Shown: positions 62,699 to 64,000 of the stretch, piece by piece
Numbering within the stretch: the stretch's first letter is position 1
Layout: each line of letters starts with the position of its first letter
NCBI GenBank assembly: GCA_044892525.1
Contig: CM097885.1
Location: 45,200,001 to 45,264,000 of the forward strand
Direction of reading: 5' to 3'
Source: Schmidtea polychroa
Taxonomy: Eukaryota
Length of the DNA stretch: 64,000 bases
Position numbers and translations under genes: made by a program
The notes under the pieces: model-generated
Databases searched by the model: none
What the model was told of the DNA's origin: nothing
Seen by the model: the letters and a program-made list of their open reading frames with translations, nothing else

Positions 62699-62700
<2 letters not shown>

Positions 62701-62771
<71 letters not shown>

Positions 62772-62785
62772 TTAATAATAATAAT
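62701..62785. repeat. (TAA)n microsatellite
   Basis: Direct observation. Confidence 0.97.
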
Positions 62786-62851
62786 CACAACAACAACAAA
62801 GGAAAGGATACATTTATTAAACATCAAATTTTTTTAAACATCCATTTTTCT

Positions 62852-63160
62852 TTAAACATCAAATTTTTTGTACAATAACCAAGCTAAACAATGTTGACCA
62901 CATGTTTGGGTCAATGGATTTTGAAACATAGTTTTATTATACACAATAGGTTTCCCCATTGTTTGTAGTTTTGATATCAACAAAGCCGGGTAATAAAAAC
63001 CCATTGGATCGAACACGAATATATTACCAGGTTTCATATATATAGCTATCCAATGTTCTCCACCAAGATGAGACGATTGAGTATTGACGATTATTGCTTG
63101 ATTATTGCTCAAATATGGAATTTTATCAAGAGGAAAAACTCCAACAAATTCATTTCCCAA
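62852..63160 (-). CDS. Adenain-like capsid maturation protease (N-terminus possibly disrupted)
   Basis: VNTQSSHLGGEHWIAIY, FDPMG and FQ....TCGQHC provide the H, D, Q and C catalytic residues. Confidence 0.9.
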   Translation of the reverse strand: MGNEFVGVFPLDKIPYLSNNQAIIVNTQSSHLGGEHWIAIYMKPGNIFVFDPMGFYYPALLISKLQTMGKPIVYNKTMFQNPLTQTCGQHCLAWLLYKKFDV

Positions 63161-63262
63161 TATCTGTTTTCCGATTTTATTGACCTGAACAGAACTACTT
63201 TAATAAATCCTGAGTATAAAAACAACTTACTCCATGACAACTTTTTGTGTTTCAATATACAT

Positions 63263-64000
63263 TTATACCAATAAGGTTCTATTTGCAGTAATTTGAACTT
63301 TATTTTCAAATACTCCATATATTATAACATGTACCGGTTCAGTAATGGCTTTTGCAAACTTTATATCCAGTCGTAAATTTCCATTTTGTGGTAATTGACT
63401 CTGATTTAAATCAAAATCGGGGGCTAAAACAAATGTAAAAAATGGGTATTTGCTTTTAAAATCTTCAAGAGTTATTCCGCAATTCAAATTTTTATCTAAA
63501 TAACCCAGATTTCTAACAATACTCTGCATATATGTTGCACAGAAATTGTCATTTTCGAAATCTTGAATATATGTTTCTCTATAATCAGTATTTTTCGACA
63601 AAGTCAATGATGTAACACCAAAGTTTTTGAAAATTGAGCTGGACGCAGTATATGATCCATTATATTGTGTTTCACTTTGAAATGTTATCAGAATAAAATT
63701 AGGCATTCTTCTATCACCAAATATTTGTTCTTTATAGAATGATGAAGCACCTTTAGCAATAGCGAATTGTACAATTTCCTTTGTTTTTAATGGATAAATT
63801 GCATGTTTTGAATTAAGACCTAATTGATGACCAGCTAATACTGAGGGGTCTACTCGAACTCTTCTCACCAATAATTTTGCATCAACTAATTGACATATTG
63901 GTGCACCAGTTGCACTAGTAAGAGATAATGCAGAATCAGACCTTTTCAGTCTAATATGTACATTAACTCCCGGTAGTAAATATTTCGGTTGATCCATAAA
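63263..64000 (-). CDS. Polinton major capsid protein (double jelly-roll), C-terminal part
   Basis: QPKYLLPGVNVHIRLKRS, IYP, IFG.R.P..ILITF....YNGSY....IFKNF and GNLRLDIKFAKA. It lies next to the protease. Confidence 0.85.
   Translation of the reverse strand, partial: FMDQPKYLLPGVNVHIRLKRSDSALSLTSATGAPICQLVDAKLLVRRVRVDPSVLAGHQLGLNSKHAIYPLKTKEIVQFAIAKGASSFYKEQIFGDRRMPNFILITFQSETQYNGSYTASSSIFKNFGVTSLTLSKNTDYRETYIQDFENDNFCATYMQSIVRNLGYLDKNLNCGITLEDFKSKYPFFTFVLAPDFDLNQSQLPQNGNLRLDIKFAKAITEPVHVIIYGVFENKVQITANRTLLV

Overview
AT-rich eukaryotic window made almost entirely of nested mobile and viral elements. No intact host gene is visible, only an LRR fragment. The AT richness, 43-48 nt GT-AG introns and element types are compatible with an invertebrate such as a planarian; that is inference only. 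Main contents: (1) A degraded minus-strand LTR retroelement (~4.9-13.3 kb). Its 3' region appears to have encoded one polyprotein: coiled coil, two ubiquitin-like domains, a Bcl-2-like domain, a signal peptide and a chuvirus-G-like (class III) envelope glycoprotein. (2) Remnants of what appear to be three Polinton/Maverick (adintovirus-like) elements. One has a near-complete protein-primed polB whose 5' part is split by short spliceosomal introns. Another has MCP, protease, polB and a multi-exon acidic gene. (3) A recent, near-intact 4.7 kb Ty3/gypsy element with identical 152-bp AGT...ACT LTRs, a gag ATG inside the LTR and a -1 frameshift signal. (4) A Tigger/pogo-polB chimera present twice, 47 kb apart. 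(5) Several hAT elements and MITEs with 8-bp TSDs, solo or partial LTRs, piggyBac-like, pogo and Helitron-like relics, and local templated inversions. All calls come from manual translation and motif recognition; no searches were run.
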